Of a DNA stretch of 64,000 nucleotides, positions 30,761-40,289 are shown one piece after another. The notes beneath the pieces are model-generated. The model ran no database searches. It was not told where the DNA came from and saw only the letters and a program-made list of their open reading frames with translations. The translations under genes were made by a program, and so were the position numbers. Source of the DNA: Spirochaetota bacterium (GTDB taxonomy: Bacteria; Spirochaetota; UBA4802; UB4802); the NCBI GenBank assembly GCA_037481795.1, contig JBBFLA010000006.1, positions 10,910 through 74,909 on the forward strand. Direction: 5' to 3'. Position 1 is the stretch's first letter. Every line of letters starts with the position of its first letter.

Positions 30761-30974
30761 TAGCACCCAGGATGTCACCACCTAAAGAGTTTGTAACAAT
30801 AGATTTAATTTAACAACAACATTTATACTATTACTACAATTGATACACTTAATCAATATAAATACTATTTCATGTTTAAATATATCGCCACGTAGGTTGT
30901 TAATAATGACTTAATTATAAACTATTTTTTTATATAAAGCAAAACATTTTTTTATATTTGGTATTTATTAACAG

Positions 30975-30998
30975 CAATGGGGCCTTAAAGCCCCATTG
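30975..30998 (-). terminator. stem-loop (CAATGGGGC-cttaaa-GCCCCATTG) just downstream of the ferredoxin stop
   Basis: 9-bp perfect inverted repeat 4 nt beyond the stop at 31002. The U-run is weak. Confidence 0.4.
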
Positions 30999-31001
30999 AT
31001 A

Positions 31002-31172
31002 TTATACTTCAACTATTGCTTCAGCGGGACAGACATCAACACATGTACCACATTCTGTACAAGCATCCTGGTCTATAACATATCTATCTTTGCCCTCAGA
31101 AATTGCCTGAGATGGGCATTCAGCGGCACAGGTTCCACACATTGTACATTCTTCAGTTATTTTATAAGCCAT
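31002..31172 (-). CDS. 2x[4Fe-4S] ferredoxin, 56 aa (absent from ORF track, under 60 aa)
   Basis: Translation MAYKITEECTMCGTCAAECPSQAISEGKDRYVIDQDACTECGTCVDVCPAEAIVEV has two canonical CxxCxxCxxxCP motifs. AGGAGG SD (plus strand CCTCCT 31181-31186). Confidence 0.75.
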   Translation of the reverse strand: MAYKITEECTMCGTCAAECPSQAISEGKDRYVIDQDACTECGTCVDVCPAEAIVEV

Positions 31173-31558
31173 GTATATATCCTCCTAAATTATAGTAGTA
31201 AGTTTAACTATAACAATTAAAATAAATTAGTAGCACAATTTTTATTACAAAACAAAATTTATAGAGATATTGATGCCAGTATTGTACAAAATATAAATAA
31301 ATTATCATTAATATGACCAGTTTTTTATTTCCAACCATTATTTCAATGATATTAAAAATATATGTTTTATTACAATTATATTTCATATATTTATGAAAAA
31401 AAAATGCTTATGTATACCTTTTAGTCGGTTTTTGAATTGACTTTTTATTGGCTTCAATAACATTATTATCATAGTGTTATATGATAATCTACTGAGTGAA
31501 TATTCACTCAACTTGCCATTGCCTATATATTAAATTCTATTTTTTTAAAGGGGGTTCT

Positions 31559-32551
31559 ATGAAATATATTTGGAAAATTAGTATTGTATTATTGTTCGTT
31601 TTTACATGCACTGCAGTTTTTGCGGGCCAATGGGTATATAAACCAATGAGTATTAATGCCCAGAAAGGTGATATCATCTTATCAACCAGTCCCGGTTTTA
31701 TTATGGATCTATTAGCTATTTTAGGTTGTTATTGGAGTCACAGTGGGATGGCTGTTGATAATGGTTTCAATATTCGCCATAACACCATGTATGTGAGTGA
31801 AGTACCCATTGAATATAATTATATCTGGTTTATTAAAACAACACCAAAACGCATGGATCCTAACCGATTAAGCAATGGATTACCGGGAATACTTACTGAA
31901 GATATTGACACAACCTATAATGTAACTAAGAATTTCCATGCTGCGGGCGGTGCAGTATTAAAACCAACAGCTGCAAATGAAGCATTATACCGGCAGTATC
32001 TGCTGTTAGCTGCTGACAAATTGCTTTATGTAAAAGGTTATTATCGCGTTAATGCGTACGTTAATATGTACCAGTTAGATTATGTAAACTATTACATTAC
32101 CGGCCGTGGCAACCACTGCTCCGGTACATGCTGGTATGCCAATTACTTTGCAGGAAAAACCATGAATGTTGCCTATATCCCGCCTTCACTGGTAACCCAA
32201 TGTGCCTACAATCTTTATAATTCAGTAAAGAACATGGTAAGGGACGAAGCTGGTGGCTTTGGAGCATTCATCATTGACATTGAGGGCCTCTTTGGCACTG
32301 GTGCTGATGAAAAGATAGCAAATCAGATTGTAAACACGTTTGGCTGGGACAGGTCATGGGATACCTCTTCATACTGGAGAAGCTATATAAATCAGAAATC
32401 CGCAACAGCTAATGCTCCTGACCATCTGTTGCTATATACATACACCAATCCTGCTGGATATAATCCTGGTGTACAAACTACCTCCTCTTCATACTATGGA
32501 CAGGTTGATCCACTGGTTATTACCTCCGGATACTATTACTGGGTGGATTAA
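31559..32551 (+). CDS. secreted hypothetical protein, possible permuted papain-fold (NlpC/P60-superfamily-like) hydrolase
   Basis: Signal peptide MKYIWKISIVLLFVFTCTAVFA. SHSGM then later GNHCSGTCWY resembles the His-then-Cys order of permuted NlpC/P60 enzymes (DCSG-like); the assignment is weak. AAGGGGG SD before ATG 31559. Confidence 0.45.
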   Translation: MKYIWKISIVLLFVFTCTAVFAGQWVYKPMSINAQKGDIILSTSPGFIMDLLAILGCYWSHSGMAVDNGFNIRHNTMYVSEVPIEYNYIWFIKTTPKRMDPNRLSNGLPGILTEDIDTTYNVTKNFHAAGGAVLKPTAANEALYRQYLLLAADKLLYVKGYYRVNAYVNMYQLDYVNYYITGRGNHCSGTCWYANYFAGKTMNVAYIPPSLVTQCAYNLYNSVKNMVRDEAGGFGAFIIDIEGLFGTGADEKIANQIVNTFGWDRSWDTSSYWRSYINQKSATANAPDHLLLYTYTNPAGYNPGVQTTSSSYYGQVDPLVITSGYYYWVD

Positions 32552-32566
32552 CTGCATGAACACAAC

Positions 32567-32602
32567 AATCCCGGGTGTTATTTTTGCCCGGGATTTTTTT
32601 AT
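32567..32602 (+). terminator. rho-independent terminator (AATCCCGGG-loop-CCCGGGATT + T7)
   Basis: Perfect 9-bp stem followed by TTTTTTTATT, 16 nt after the stop. Confidence 0.7.
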
Positions 32603-32696
32603 TGGTTAAATTAATTAATTATAATAATATTGCCAAATATAAAATTAGAGTATTTAATAATCTTATAACACTATTGTGTAACACGGGATACCATCT

Positions 32697-33962
32697 ATGA
32701 AACGCACTTACATTATAACTGGAATCATTATTTTTTGCATTGCAGTAGTTTTATTAATACTATCTGTTTACAACAGCAATCAACATGATGATGCTTCATC
32801 AAAAACACAATCACTGCTTAATGTATTTCAATTTATGTCTGCACCCGAACCACAGGAAGAAATACCACAGCCTGACCCTGAAAAGGTTGAAACATATGAA
32901 ATTGAGCAGGCAAATTTCATTAAAGAGATAATTCTAGAAAAAAATCCAGTCTGCACAGGTGAGGATTTTAAAGTTACTGTTATTGCCAAAAATCCCTTTG
33001 GGCCTGATGCACATTTAGTGTATCGCATCAGCAACAAACTGGGCAATCCTGCAATTTTACGATTTACCAAGGCAGGTTTACGCGAATTCTATGTAACAGT
33101 ACGTGATGAAGGTAAACATATTGATATGCGTAAAGTCCAGATAAATGTTGTTGATTGTGCTGATAAACCAATAGTTACCTTGAGTACGCGGTTACACAAT
33201 CTGGAACCTGAATCAGCAATATTTGAAGTTACTTCACAGAAAGGGCTAACCGGTAAATGTACATATGATTGGGATTTTGGTGATGGTACATACGCAACAA
33301 CACAAACGGGTTATATTACACATAGTTACGCCTCACGTGACCAGAAAGGATTGCAGTCAAGCTTTATAGCACAGGTCAAAGTGACTGATGCTAACGGAAT
33401 ATCTGCAATTGGCAGAGGGAGTATATCATTCCCTAATGTTCACTATCTATCCAATCTTATGGGAAATCCTGTAATACCAGTTCTTTATAATAAATTTCCT
33501 TCCATTGATAATGCTTACATCACTGTTGAAATTAATATGAAAAATATTTTTGATGAACCGGTTGCATTCAATAATGCTGTTCTTGAATGCAGGCCGTGCA
33601 ATACTGCACTTTCACCTGATTATAAAAATATTAATCCAGACCAAATTTTAGAATCAACATATATAGCCCCAAAATCATCTGTGAAACAGTTGTTGAAAGT
33701 GCCAAAATCATTATTGCCCAGGTCTACATGCAATCTCAATATTACCTTATCAGGTCCATATCCAGATAAACGGGAAGTATATGCAAAGATTTTTCTCAAT
33801 ATCCCGCCTCAGTCAAAAGATGATATTGACACATCACGGGATAAAATAATCACCGACGATGAAATGATACAAAAGCTCAATAAAGCAGCTCAAATACTGG
33901 GGAAAGACAGGCCTATAACACCACAGGATATACAGAAATTGGAGCGTGAAGGTAAATTATAA
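32697..33962 (+). CDS. membrane-anchored PKD-domain protein
   Basis: N-terminal TM and the PKD signature TYDWDFGDGTYATTQTGYITHSY (WDFGDG...HxY). Confidence 0.55.
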   Translation: MKRTYIITGIIIFCIAVVLLILSVYNSNQHDDASSKTQSLLNVFQFMSAPEPQEEIPQPDPEKVETYEIEQANFIKEIILEKNPVCTGEDFKVTVIAKNPFGPDAHLVYRISNKLGNPAILRFTKAGLREFYVTVRDEGKHIDMRKVQINVVDCADKPIVTLSTRLHNLEPESAIFEVTSQKGLTGKCTYDWDFGDGTYATTQTGYITHSYASRDQKGLQSSFIAQVKVTDANGISAIGRGSISFPNVHYLSNLMGNPVIPVLYNKFPSIDNAYITVEINMKNIFDEPVAFNNAVLECRPCNTALSPDYKNINPDQILESTYIAPKSSVKQLLKVPKSLLPRSTCNLNITLSGPYPDKREVYAKIFLNIPPQSKDDIDTSRDKIITDDEMIQKLNKAAQILGKDRPITPQDIQKLEREGKL

Positions 33963-33967
33963 AATAT

Positions 33968-35356
33968 TTATGATAGCAGTATAAACAGCAATATAGCAAT
34001 TACAATTAAACCTGCTAAAATTCCAATAACCAGGCTTGCTTTTGAAGAAGTAGTTTCTTCATCTAATACAGCAAGTTTAGTTTTTACTTTTATATCCTGT
34101 TCCTCTGTTGTTTTGCCATAAAGGCTTTCGGTAATTTTTACAAAAAGAGTATATCCCTTTTTCTTATTATAATTAACCGAATAAACTTCAGCTTCAATTG
34201 GTGTGTTTTTATTGTCAACTATCAAATTCAGTGTCCTGGCAATGTCATAGCCATACGGAGTTGATGTATCTATTAATACATAAATAAGATCTCCTTTTTG
34301 CAATTGTGAAACCTTTTTGCCAGAAGTTGGCGATAATACTAAATCAACAGCAACCAGCTTTTTATCAAATTTACTATCGCCCTCCTCCTGATTTTCCTTT
34401 TTTTCAAACTGCGATGGGTTATACAGCATATGAAACCTGATAACATCTGTGCGGTGCAATTCAGCACGTACCTGAATATCTTTAAACTGCTGTAACAAAG
34501 ATGCAAATAACTGGCTGGCTAAACCTGATGCTTCATGTTCAATTGCATGTATTAAAGCATCAACATCTACTTTCCATAAATTTGATTGAATTTCGTGCTG
34601 TACAGGCGTAAATCTGTTTGTTTTTTGTGCTGCCTTAACAATTCTACTAAATAAATCGTATAATGCATCACCACTTTTTACTTCAGACTGTACTACACTG
34701 TAATCATCTAACCAGCAAAAGCAATATAACAATTTGTGAGTTGTACAATTGACAAAACAAAAACAGATTCCACTAAATTGGCTTGAATCAAGGTAAAGCA
34801 TAGTAATGCCAATATCCTGTTTGCTTTTTTTTATGGATTCCTCAGCTACCTGCCTGTCATTATCATAATACGGTGCAGCAATTTCTACCAGCTGAGCCAA
34901 TGTTAAGGAATCAATTTTTTGAGTAATAATGATTTCATTGTATTGAGCATTTGAAATACTGTCAAACTCAGAATACACATCAACTATATCAATATTCAAC
35001 GCTGACTTAATTATACGTTGTACTTCATTTACTGCAGTTATTGAATTATTTTCAATATTATGAAGCAATACATTTATATTTTTCTGGTCCACTCTTTGCA
35101 GAAGATAATTTTTAATGATTTCAAAATATTCTTTTTGAATAGCATATTGCTGGGATGCGATGGTAATAGCTTCAATAAAATCAATAGATGAAACGTTAGT
35201 TCGGGCATTTTTTAAATTATCCCCTGAAATAAAAACGCCGTTTACACCTATGATTCTGTTATTTTCTTTATCAATAACAGTCAAGAGTAAGCCCGATATA
35301 TTGAGTTTGGCACAATATAGTTTACTTTTTATTGATATAAGTGTTTTTGCTGACAT
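33968..35356 (-). CDS. hypothetical tail-anchored (C-terminal TM) Cys-rich protein
   Basis: C-terminal LVIGILAGLIVIAILLFILLS and a CFCFVNC...CFC cluster. No confident family assignment. Confidence 0.4.
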   Translation of the reverse strand: MSAKTLISIKSKLYCAKLNISGLLLTVIDKENNRIIGVNGVFISGDNLKNARTNVSSIDFIEAITIASQQYAIQKEYFEIIKNYLLQRVDQKNINVLLHNIENNSITAVNEVQRIIKSALNIDIVDVYSEFDSISNAQYNEIIITQKIDSLTLAQLVEIAAPYYDNDRQVAEESIKKSKQDIGITMLYLDSSQFSGICFCFVNCTTHKLLYCFCWLDDYSVVQSEVKSGDALYDLFSRIVKAAQKTNRFTPVQHEIQSNLWKVDVDALIHAIEHEASGLASQLFASLLQQFKDIQVRAELHRTDVIRFHMLYNPSQFEKKENQEEGDSKFDKKLVAVDLVLSPTSGKKVSQLQKGDLIYVLIDTSTPYGYDIARTLNLIVDNKNTPIEAEVYSVNYNKKKGYTLFVKITESLYGKTTEEQDIKVKTKLAVLDEETTSSKASLVIGILAGLIVIAILLFILLS

Positions 35357-35535
35357 AATTAAAATCCTTAATTTTTAATTTAAACACACATTATGAGCAA
35401 AAGCAATCCTTTTTTATTATATTAATTTTATCATTATTGAGATAAATATTTTCACCAAAATATTGTTGACGTTTAGTTAATTCCTGCATTTAATAATTGA
35501 ATATTATTATAATAAATAAGCAGGGATTAAACAGT

Positions 35536-37830
35536 ATGAAAAAAATAATACCTAAATTAAAAAATAGAATACTGGAATTTAAAAATTTTATAATACAGAT
35601 AATTAATCAGATTTACCGTGGTGAAGAAGCTTTCAACTGGCTAACTACCAAGATTATCAATATGATAAAAGTATTCATTGTAGCATCGCGGAAATTTATG
35701 AAAGATGATTGTCTTACTAAATCTTCTTCAATTGCCTATACAACAATTGTATCGCTTATTCCAACGCTTGCAGTTGTACTTACCATTTATTCCATTTTCT
35801 CAGGGGTTGGCGACAAAAAAGATGAACTGTTCAGGCAAATTACGCTCTTTCTTGTTGAACATAATATTAAAATTAACGTTGATCCATTCTTCCAGACAAT
35901 CAGTACATTAATTGATAACGCTGCTAAAATAGGTGGCATAGGCGCCGTGGTTCTGGCTTTTTCAGCAACTGCTGTTCTCAGAACTCTGGAAAAATCTCTT
36001 AATGACATCTTCAGGGTTACCAAACAACGCTCAATGTTTTTAAAAGTTATTTATTACTGGGCAGCATTGACACTGGGTCCAATCATGATTATTGCAGCAA
36101 CAGCCGTAGCAACACAAATCTCAAATACATTGTCTGCTCCCCATCTGCATGCAATAGCTCATTATAATAATGCCCATTACGTAGTGGGCAACAAAGCTAC
36201 GATACTCTTTAATAATAACGATGATCTTAATTTTACTCCTTTGCCCATTGAAAAAATTGATTTTGATAATCAACACATTTTTTCATATAATCCCAATGAT
36301 AAGCAGTTTAATGCAGAAGAATTCAGAATAGAGCTTATTGAATATAAACGTACTAAATTTTCTGACATTGCCCTTGCAGGCCAGAAAGGATTCATTATTG
36401 GTGATAATGGAATTATACTCAAATCATATGATGCTGGTAAATCATGGCTTATAGAAAAATGGGGAAATTTTTCTTTCAATGATATAGAAATGATTGATGA
36501 AAATACAGGGTTTATTGCTGCAAATAATGGGTATCTTTTAAAAACAACTGATGGCGGTAAGTCCTGGCAGGTTATAGAATGGGAAAATGTGAATTCTAAT
36601 TTTAATGCAATAAGTTTTTATAAAGATAAAGGGATTATAGCTGGCGACAGATCATATATACTAACAACTATCGATAAAGGAAAAACCTGGCAAATAAAAC
36701 AGCTTGCTGAAGGTAAATACAAAAAGAATTTCCTTAATTTTAACGATGTCCAGATAATTGATGATTCTAATGCTATCATTGTAGCTGATGAAGGCTTCTA
36801 TTTAATCAGTTCAAAAAATTTCACTTCCTGGACTGCTCACAAGTTTAAGGATAATAACCTGTATGCAGTATATTTCATTAATCAAAATGAAGGTTTTCTG
36901 GGGGGCGAAAAAGCTGATATTTATATAACGACAGACGGTGGTGAAAAGTGGACAATTAAAAAACTTAAAGGTGAACGTATTAATGAACTATCACTTAATA
37001 ATAATCTGTTGTGGGCAATTGGGAACAATAGTTTTCTCATGCTTTCAAAAGATATGGGAGCAACGTGGCAAGGCCTAAAGGGAAGCAGTATTTTAGTGTA
37101 TCTGCTCAATTTCTTTGCACCATTCTTCTTTATCTGGATTTTATTTTTAATGTGTTATATGATACTTCCAAATACAAAAGTTCCTTTAAAACCAGCAGCA
37201 CTTGGTGCATCATTTACCAGTGCTGTTTGGGTTATCTTTATTCTGCTGTTTATAGTATACATTAAAGCATTTGCAAAGAGTACATTTGCCATCTATGGGG
37301 CTCTTGCTGCATTCCCAATATTTTTACTGGTAGTGTATTCTTCAGCCGTGATCATTTTATATGGAGCTGAAATTTCATACGTTTTGATGAATCCATTAAG
37401 CTATAAATATTTAAACAGGGCATTGAAGGATAAAAAGGATATTCACGTTTATTCGGCTATAGCCATGTTACATCATATATATAAAAAATTTGAATCAGGA
37501 AAAGGCGCAACAAGTTTTCAGGAATTGTTGCCAATGACGTTGAATGATGTTGACCTGCTTGATATGCTGTTAGACCTTTTTATTAAAGAAAAGTTTATAA
37601 CACACACTGAAGACTTTGGCATCATTCCGGCAAATGCAAGCAAAAACATAAACATTGCTAAAATCATTGATACAATTTACAGCATATCACTGGATATTCC
37701 AGTTACCAAACAGGATAAATTAAAATCGTATTTAGCTGATTTATTCAAGGATATGAAACATTCACTGGAATCTATCGTCAAAAATAAAACGTTAGCTGAT
37801 GTAATAAATGCAACAGAAAAGAGTGAATAG
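35536..37830 (+). CDS. YihY/BrkB-family membrane protein with inserted BNR/Ycf48-like beta-propeller repeats
   Basis: N- and C-terminal polytopic regions like RNase BN/YihY. Central repeats are DAGKSW, TTDGGKSWQ, TIDKGKTWQ, TTDGGEKWT and SKDMGATWQ (Asp-box/BNR). ATG 35536 is preferred over the ORF-track start at 35497. Confidence 0.55.
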   Translation: MKKIIPKLKNRILEFKNFIIQIINQIYRGEEAFNWLTTKIINMIKVFIVASRKFMKDDCLTKSSSIAYTTIVSLIPTLAVVLTIYSIFSGVGDKKDELFRQITLFLVEHNIKINVDPFFQTISTLIDNAAKIGGIGAVVLAFSATAVLRTLEKSLNDIFRVTKQRSMFLKVIYYWAALTLGPIMIIAATAVATQISNTLSAPHLHAIAHYNNAHYVVGNKATILFNNNDDLNFTPLPIEKIDFDNQHIFSYNPNDKQFNAEEFRIELIEYKRTKFSDIALAGQKGFIIGDNGIILKSYDAGKSWLIEKWGNFSFNDIEMIDENTGFIAANNGYLLKTTDGGKSWQVIEWENVNSNFNAISFYKDKGIIAGDRSYILTTIDKGKTWQIKQLAEGKYKKNFLNFNDVQIIDDSNAIIVADEGFYLISSKNFTSWTAHKFKDNNLYAVYFINQNEGFLGGEKADIYITTDGGEKWTIKKLKGERINELSLNNNLLWAIGNNSFLMLSKDMGATWQGLKGSSILVYLLNFFAPFFFIWILFLMCYMILPNTKVPLKPAALGASFTSAVWVIFILLFIVYIKAFAKSTFAIYGALAAFPIFLLVVYSSAVIILYGAEISYVLMNPLSYKYLNRALKDKKDIHVYSAIAMLHHIYKKFESGKGATSFQELLPMTLNDVDLLDMLLDLFIKEKFITHTEDFGIIPANASKNINIAKIIDTIYSISLDIPVTKQDKLKSYLADLFKDMKHSLESIVKNKTLADVINATEKSE

Positions 37831-37831
37831 T

Positions 37832-38713
37832 TTACTGTGATACAATCCTGAATAAAAATGGTATAACTATCACTCTACCCTGAATTTCATCCGGCACTTT
37901 GCCAAAATTTTTAGAAAGACGAATTGCATCAATACAGGATTCATCTATAGCTTTATTCCCTAATGAATCCACAAGAACAACGTCAAGAACGTTACCTTCA
38001 CGATCCATAGTAAAATATAATTTAACATCCTGAGTAGGCACAGCCATAATCCTCATCCTTCCGGGTGCCATACTTCCTGTCATTGGATTATAACCATATA
38101 TGACTGCATTGGCAAGAAGTGGTGGGTGCCAGTTGGCAGCAACCTTATCTTTCATATTTTTAAAGTATTCAAAAGGTTTGAATTTTACCGTATTGAAAGA
38201 AAAGAGTCCATCACTGGTAAAAAACAGCGCATTTTTTGGTGTGATACTATATTTATCAGGGATGCGTGTAAATTCATTATCGCCCTCAAATTCAGGGACT
38301 CCTCCCGCCACTTCTTTAAAGAAAGTAATGCTATATTCCGTATTTTCCTGTGCAACCATGATTTTGTCTTTTGCAGCTGTGCTACTTGCTATCCCACCTT
38401 TACCTAACTGCCGAAGCCCTTTTTGCATCTTAAAATCCAGTGAATTATTGAGCCATCTATCACCTTTTTCTTTTGTGATATAGCCTTTGGCTTTTGACGT
38501 TTTATCAGAAAGAAGTGTATTTTTATTTATGTCTTTGATATCATCCTGATTAATGTTGACAATGATATCCCTGCCTTTGAATAATGAATCGGCTTGCTGT
38601 TTTGCAAACACTCCATACCGTATTTGTGCAATTAAAAAAGAAACAATCACAATACTGTGCATGAAAAATGAAACCAGAAGTACAAGGTCAAATCTTATTT
38701 CAGCACGTTCCAT
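37832..38713 (-). CDS. TonB-like energy-transducer family protein (N-terminal TM, C-terminal TonB-C-like domain)
   Basis: Single N-terminal TM; the C-terminal region YFTMDREGNVLDVVLVDSLGNKAIDESCIDAIRLSKNFGKVP resembles a TonB C-terminal domain. Low certainty. Confidence 0.35.
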   Translation of the reverse strand: MERAEIRFDLVLLVSFFMHSIVIVSFLIAQIRYGVFAKQQADSLFKGRDIIVNINQDDIKDINKNTLLSDKTSKAKGYITKEKGDRWLNNSLDFKMQKGLRQLGKGGIASSTAAKDKIMVAQENTEYSITFFKEVAGGVPEFEGDNEFTRIPDKYSITPKNALFFTSDGLFSFNTVKFKPFEYFKNMKDKVAANWHPPLLANAVIYGYNPMTGSMAPGRMRIMAVPTQDVKLYFTMDREGNVLDVVLVDSLGNKAIDESCIDAIRLSKNFGKVPDEIQGRVIVIPFLFRIVSQ

Positions 38714-39945
38714 CTTCCAATACCTTTTCTGTATATTTTTGTTTGACCACGCACCTCTTCCAGCAGTTTACGATGTTCAGCAGTAAATTCTACATTGCGA
38801 CGTGACATCATTATTTTGCATGTAGCAAATAATTTCTCCTCTGAAGGCAGGTCAACAATCTTACCATCTATATACCAGCTGAAGGGTGGTATAAACTTTG
38901 GTGTGATTGCACCATTGTGAATAACCATACAACCCGGTCCCATAACAGTACCGGTATTAATTAATGTTCCTATACTGGTCATAGTGTAATCACCTATAAA
39001 ACATCCCACCTTAAGCAATCCTGTGTTTATCTTCTCTTCACCTATAAATAATTTAACCGTTGTATAATTATTTTTCAAATCACTGTTGGTAGTCAGTGCC
39101 CCTAAATTTACCCAGCTACCAACATACGAATGCCCTATAAATCCTTCATGGTATTTATTGGCATATCCCTGAAAAATACATTCTTCCACTTCACCACCAA
39201 TCCTGCAGCAGGGCCCAATACTGCAACCTTCTCTCACTTTTGCCTGTAATAATATTGTATTATCTGCAACTGCACATGGTCCTTCAATTCTGGTAAAGGA
39301 TTTTATTGAGCAACCTTTTCCAATATATACAGGTCCTTTTGTACAATCTATAACTACATACGGTTCTATTGTTACATCATCTTCTACTATTAATTGGGAA
39401 CTATCGCCTAAAATTGTTACACTATTATGCCCACAGGTTTTTTTTATAAGCCTGAAATCCTGTGTTATAATATCCCCGTTTTTACCAACCAATTCCCACA
39501 GAGATGTCAGCACATAATCGTTATAATTTTCTATTTGAGCTTTGTCCTGTAAAAAATTTTGTACATCTTCAGTGGTGGTAAATTGTGGAATGGTAGTTTC
39601 ATGTATTTTTGCAAGTACAGGGATGCCATTATGCATATAAATGGTATTATTATGTAAGTGCGATAGTTCCGGGTATATTACTCTTGCATTAATAAACAGC
39701 AACTCTTCTGAATGGTTGATTTTCACCGGTTCATTAATATGGAGATGTGGATACTGTATATGAACTATCGCTTCTAAATGATGTCGTGTATAAAAATAGA
39801 TTGAGTCAGGAAACTGAGATGTGAACAAGGTGGCATATCGCTGGTGAATGGTGAAAAGTCCGCAGCGAATATCCCATACGGGCCTTGTTAGGGTTATTGG
39901 GAAAAAGTCATTATACTGTGAATCTTCAAAAATTATTATTTTCAT
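38695..39945 (-). CDS. left-handed beta-helix (hexapeptide-repeat) protein with divergent N-terminal nucleotidyltransferase-like domain
   Basis: C-terminal tandem hexapeptide repeats (IGKGCSIKSFTRIEGPCAVADNTIL...). The N-terminus lacks the canonical GGxGTRL, so sugar-nucleotidyltransferase activity is uncertain. Confidence 0.45.
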   Translation of the reverse strand: MKIIIFEDSQYNDFFPITLTRPVWDIRCGLFTIHQRYATLFTSQFPDSIYFYTRHHLEAIVHIQYPHLHINEPVKINHSEELLFINARVIYPELSHLHNNTIYMHNGIPVLAKIHETTIPQFTTTEDVQNFLQDKAQIENYNDYVLTSLWELVGKNGDIITQDFRLIKKTCGHNSVTILGDSSQLIVEDDVTIEPYVVIDCTKGPVYIGKGCSIKSFTRIEGPCAVADNTILLQAKVREGCSIGPCCRIGGEVEECIFQGYANKYHEGFIGHSYVGSWVNLGALTTNSDLKNNYTTVKLFIGEEKINTGLLKVGCFIGDYTMTSIGTLINTGTVMGPGCMVIHNGAITPKFIPPFSWYIDGKIVDLPSEEKLFATCKIMMSRRNVEFTAEHRKLLEEVRGQTKIYRKGIGRWNVLK

Positions 39946-40035
39946 AATGCATACTGTGAATTAATGTAGATAGCTCAGGGTAAACATTTATACAATATTT
40001 ATTTTGATTTATTTTTTACCTCTTTACATTAACTT

Positions 40036-40270
40036 TTGCCTTCCTGTCATTGCCAGGAGTCCCGATGCAATCGAGATGACGAAGCAATTCCCTCTTGCGT
40101 GGTATTGAGATTGCTTCCCTTCGACAAGTGGTTGCTGAGCTCGTCGAAGCACTCATGGCAGTCGGTTACTGAGCTTGTTGAAGCACTCAGCACAAGCACT
40201 GCGCTCACAGTGACGCACACTGTGGTCATTGCATGCCCCACGGTTTCTTTTGAAACGGCCCCTTTTTAAA
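40036..40270. other. GC-rich structured island (candidate ncRNA or foreign insert) in the intergenic region downstream of the EF-G paralog
   Basis: Local GC far above the window average. Hairpins GAAGCAAT...ATTGCTTC and CACAGTG-acgca-CACTGTG. A 20-nt imperfect direct repeat CTGAGCTCGTCGAAGCACTC / CTGAGCTTGTTGAAGCACTC. 3' hairpin plus TTTTT on the plus strand. ORF-track ORFs here lack an RBS. Confidence 0.3.
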
Positions 40271-40289
40271 TAATACATTGCTGAAAACA

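Noticed and set aside
30707-31001. glmS ribozyme in the glmS leader
   Set aside because: Looked for because the gene order suggests Firmicute affinities. The promoter maps about 25 nt from the ATG, leaving no room for the roughly 150-nt ribozyme, and no conserved core sequence was seen.
40133-40192. Possible CRISPR-like repeat (two 20-nt near-identical units 36 nt apart)
   Set aside because: Only two units, no further array, and no cas genes anywhere in the window.
40036-40269. ORF-track ORFs (77 aa on plus, 64 aa on minus) inside the GC-rich island
   Set aside because: They overlap each other on opposite strands and have no RBS. Their composition reflects structured DNA, so they are treated as non-coding.
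40036-40270. SRP (4.5S) RNA identity for the GC-rich island
   Set aside because: There is partial resemblance (GAAGGGAAGCA versus GGAAGGAAGCAGC) but no GGAA-tetraloop helix 8 architecture.
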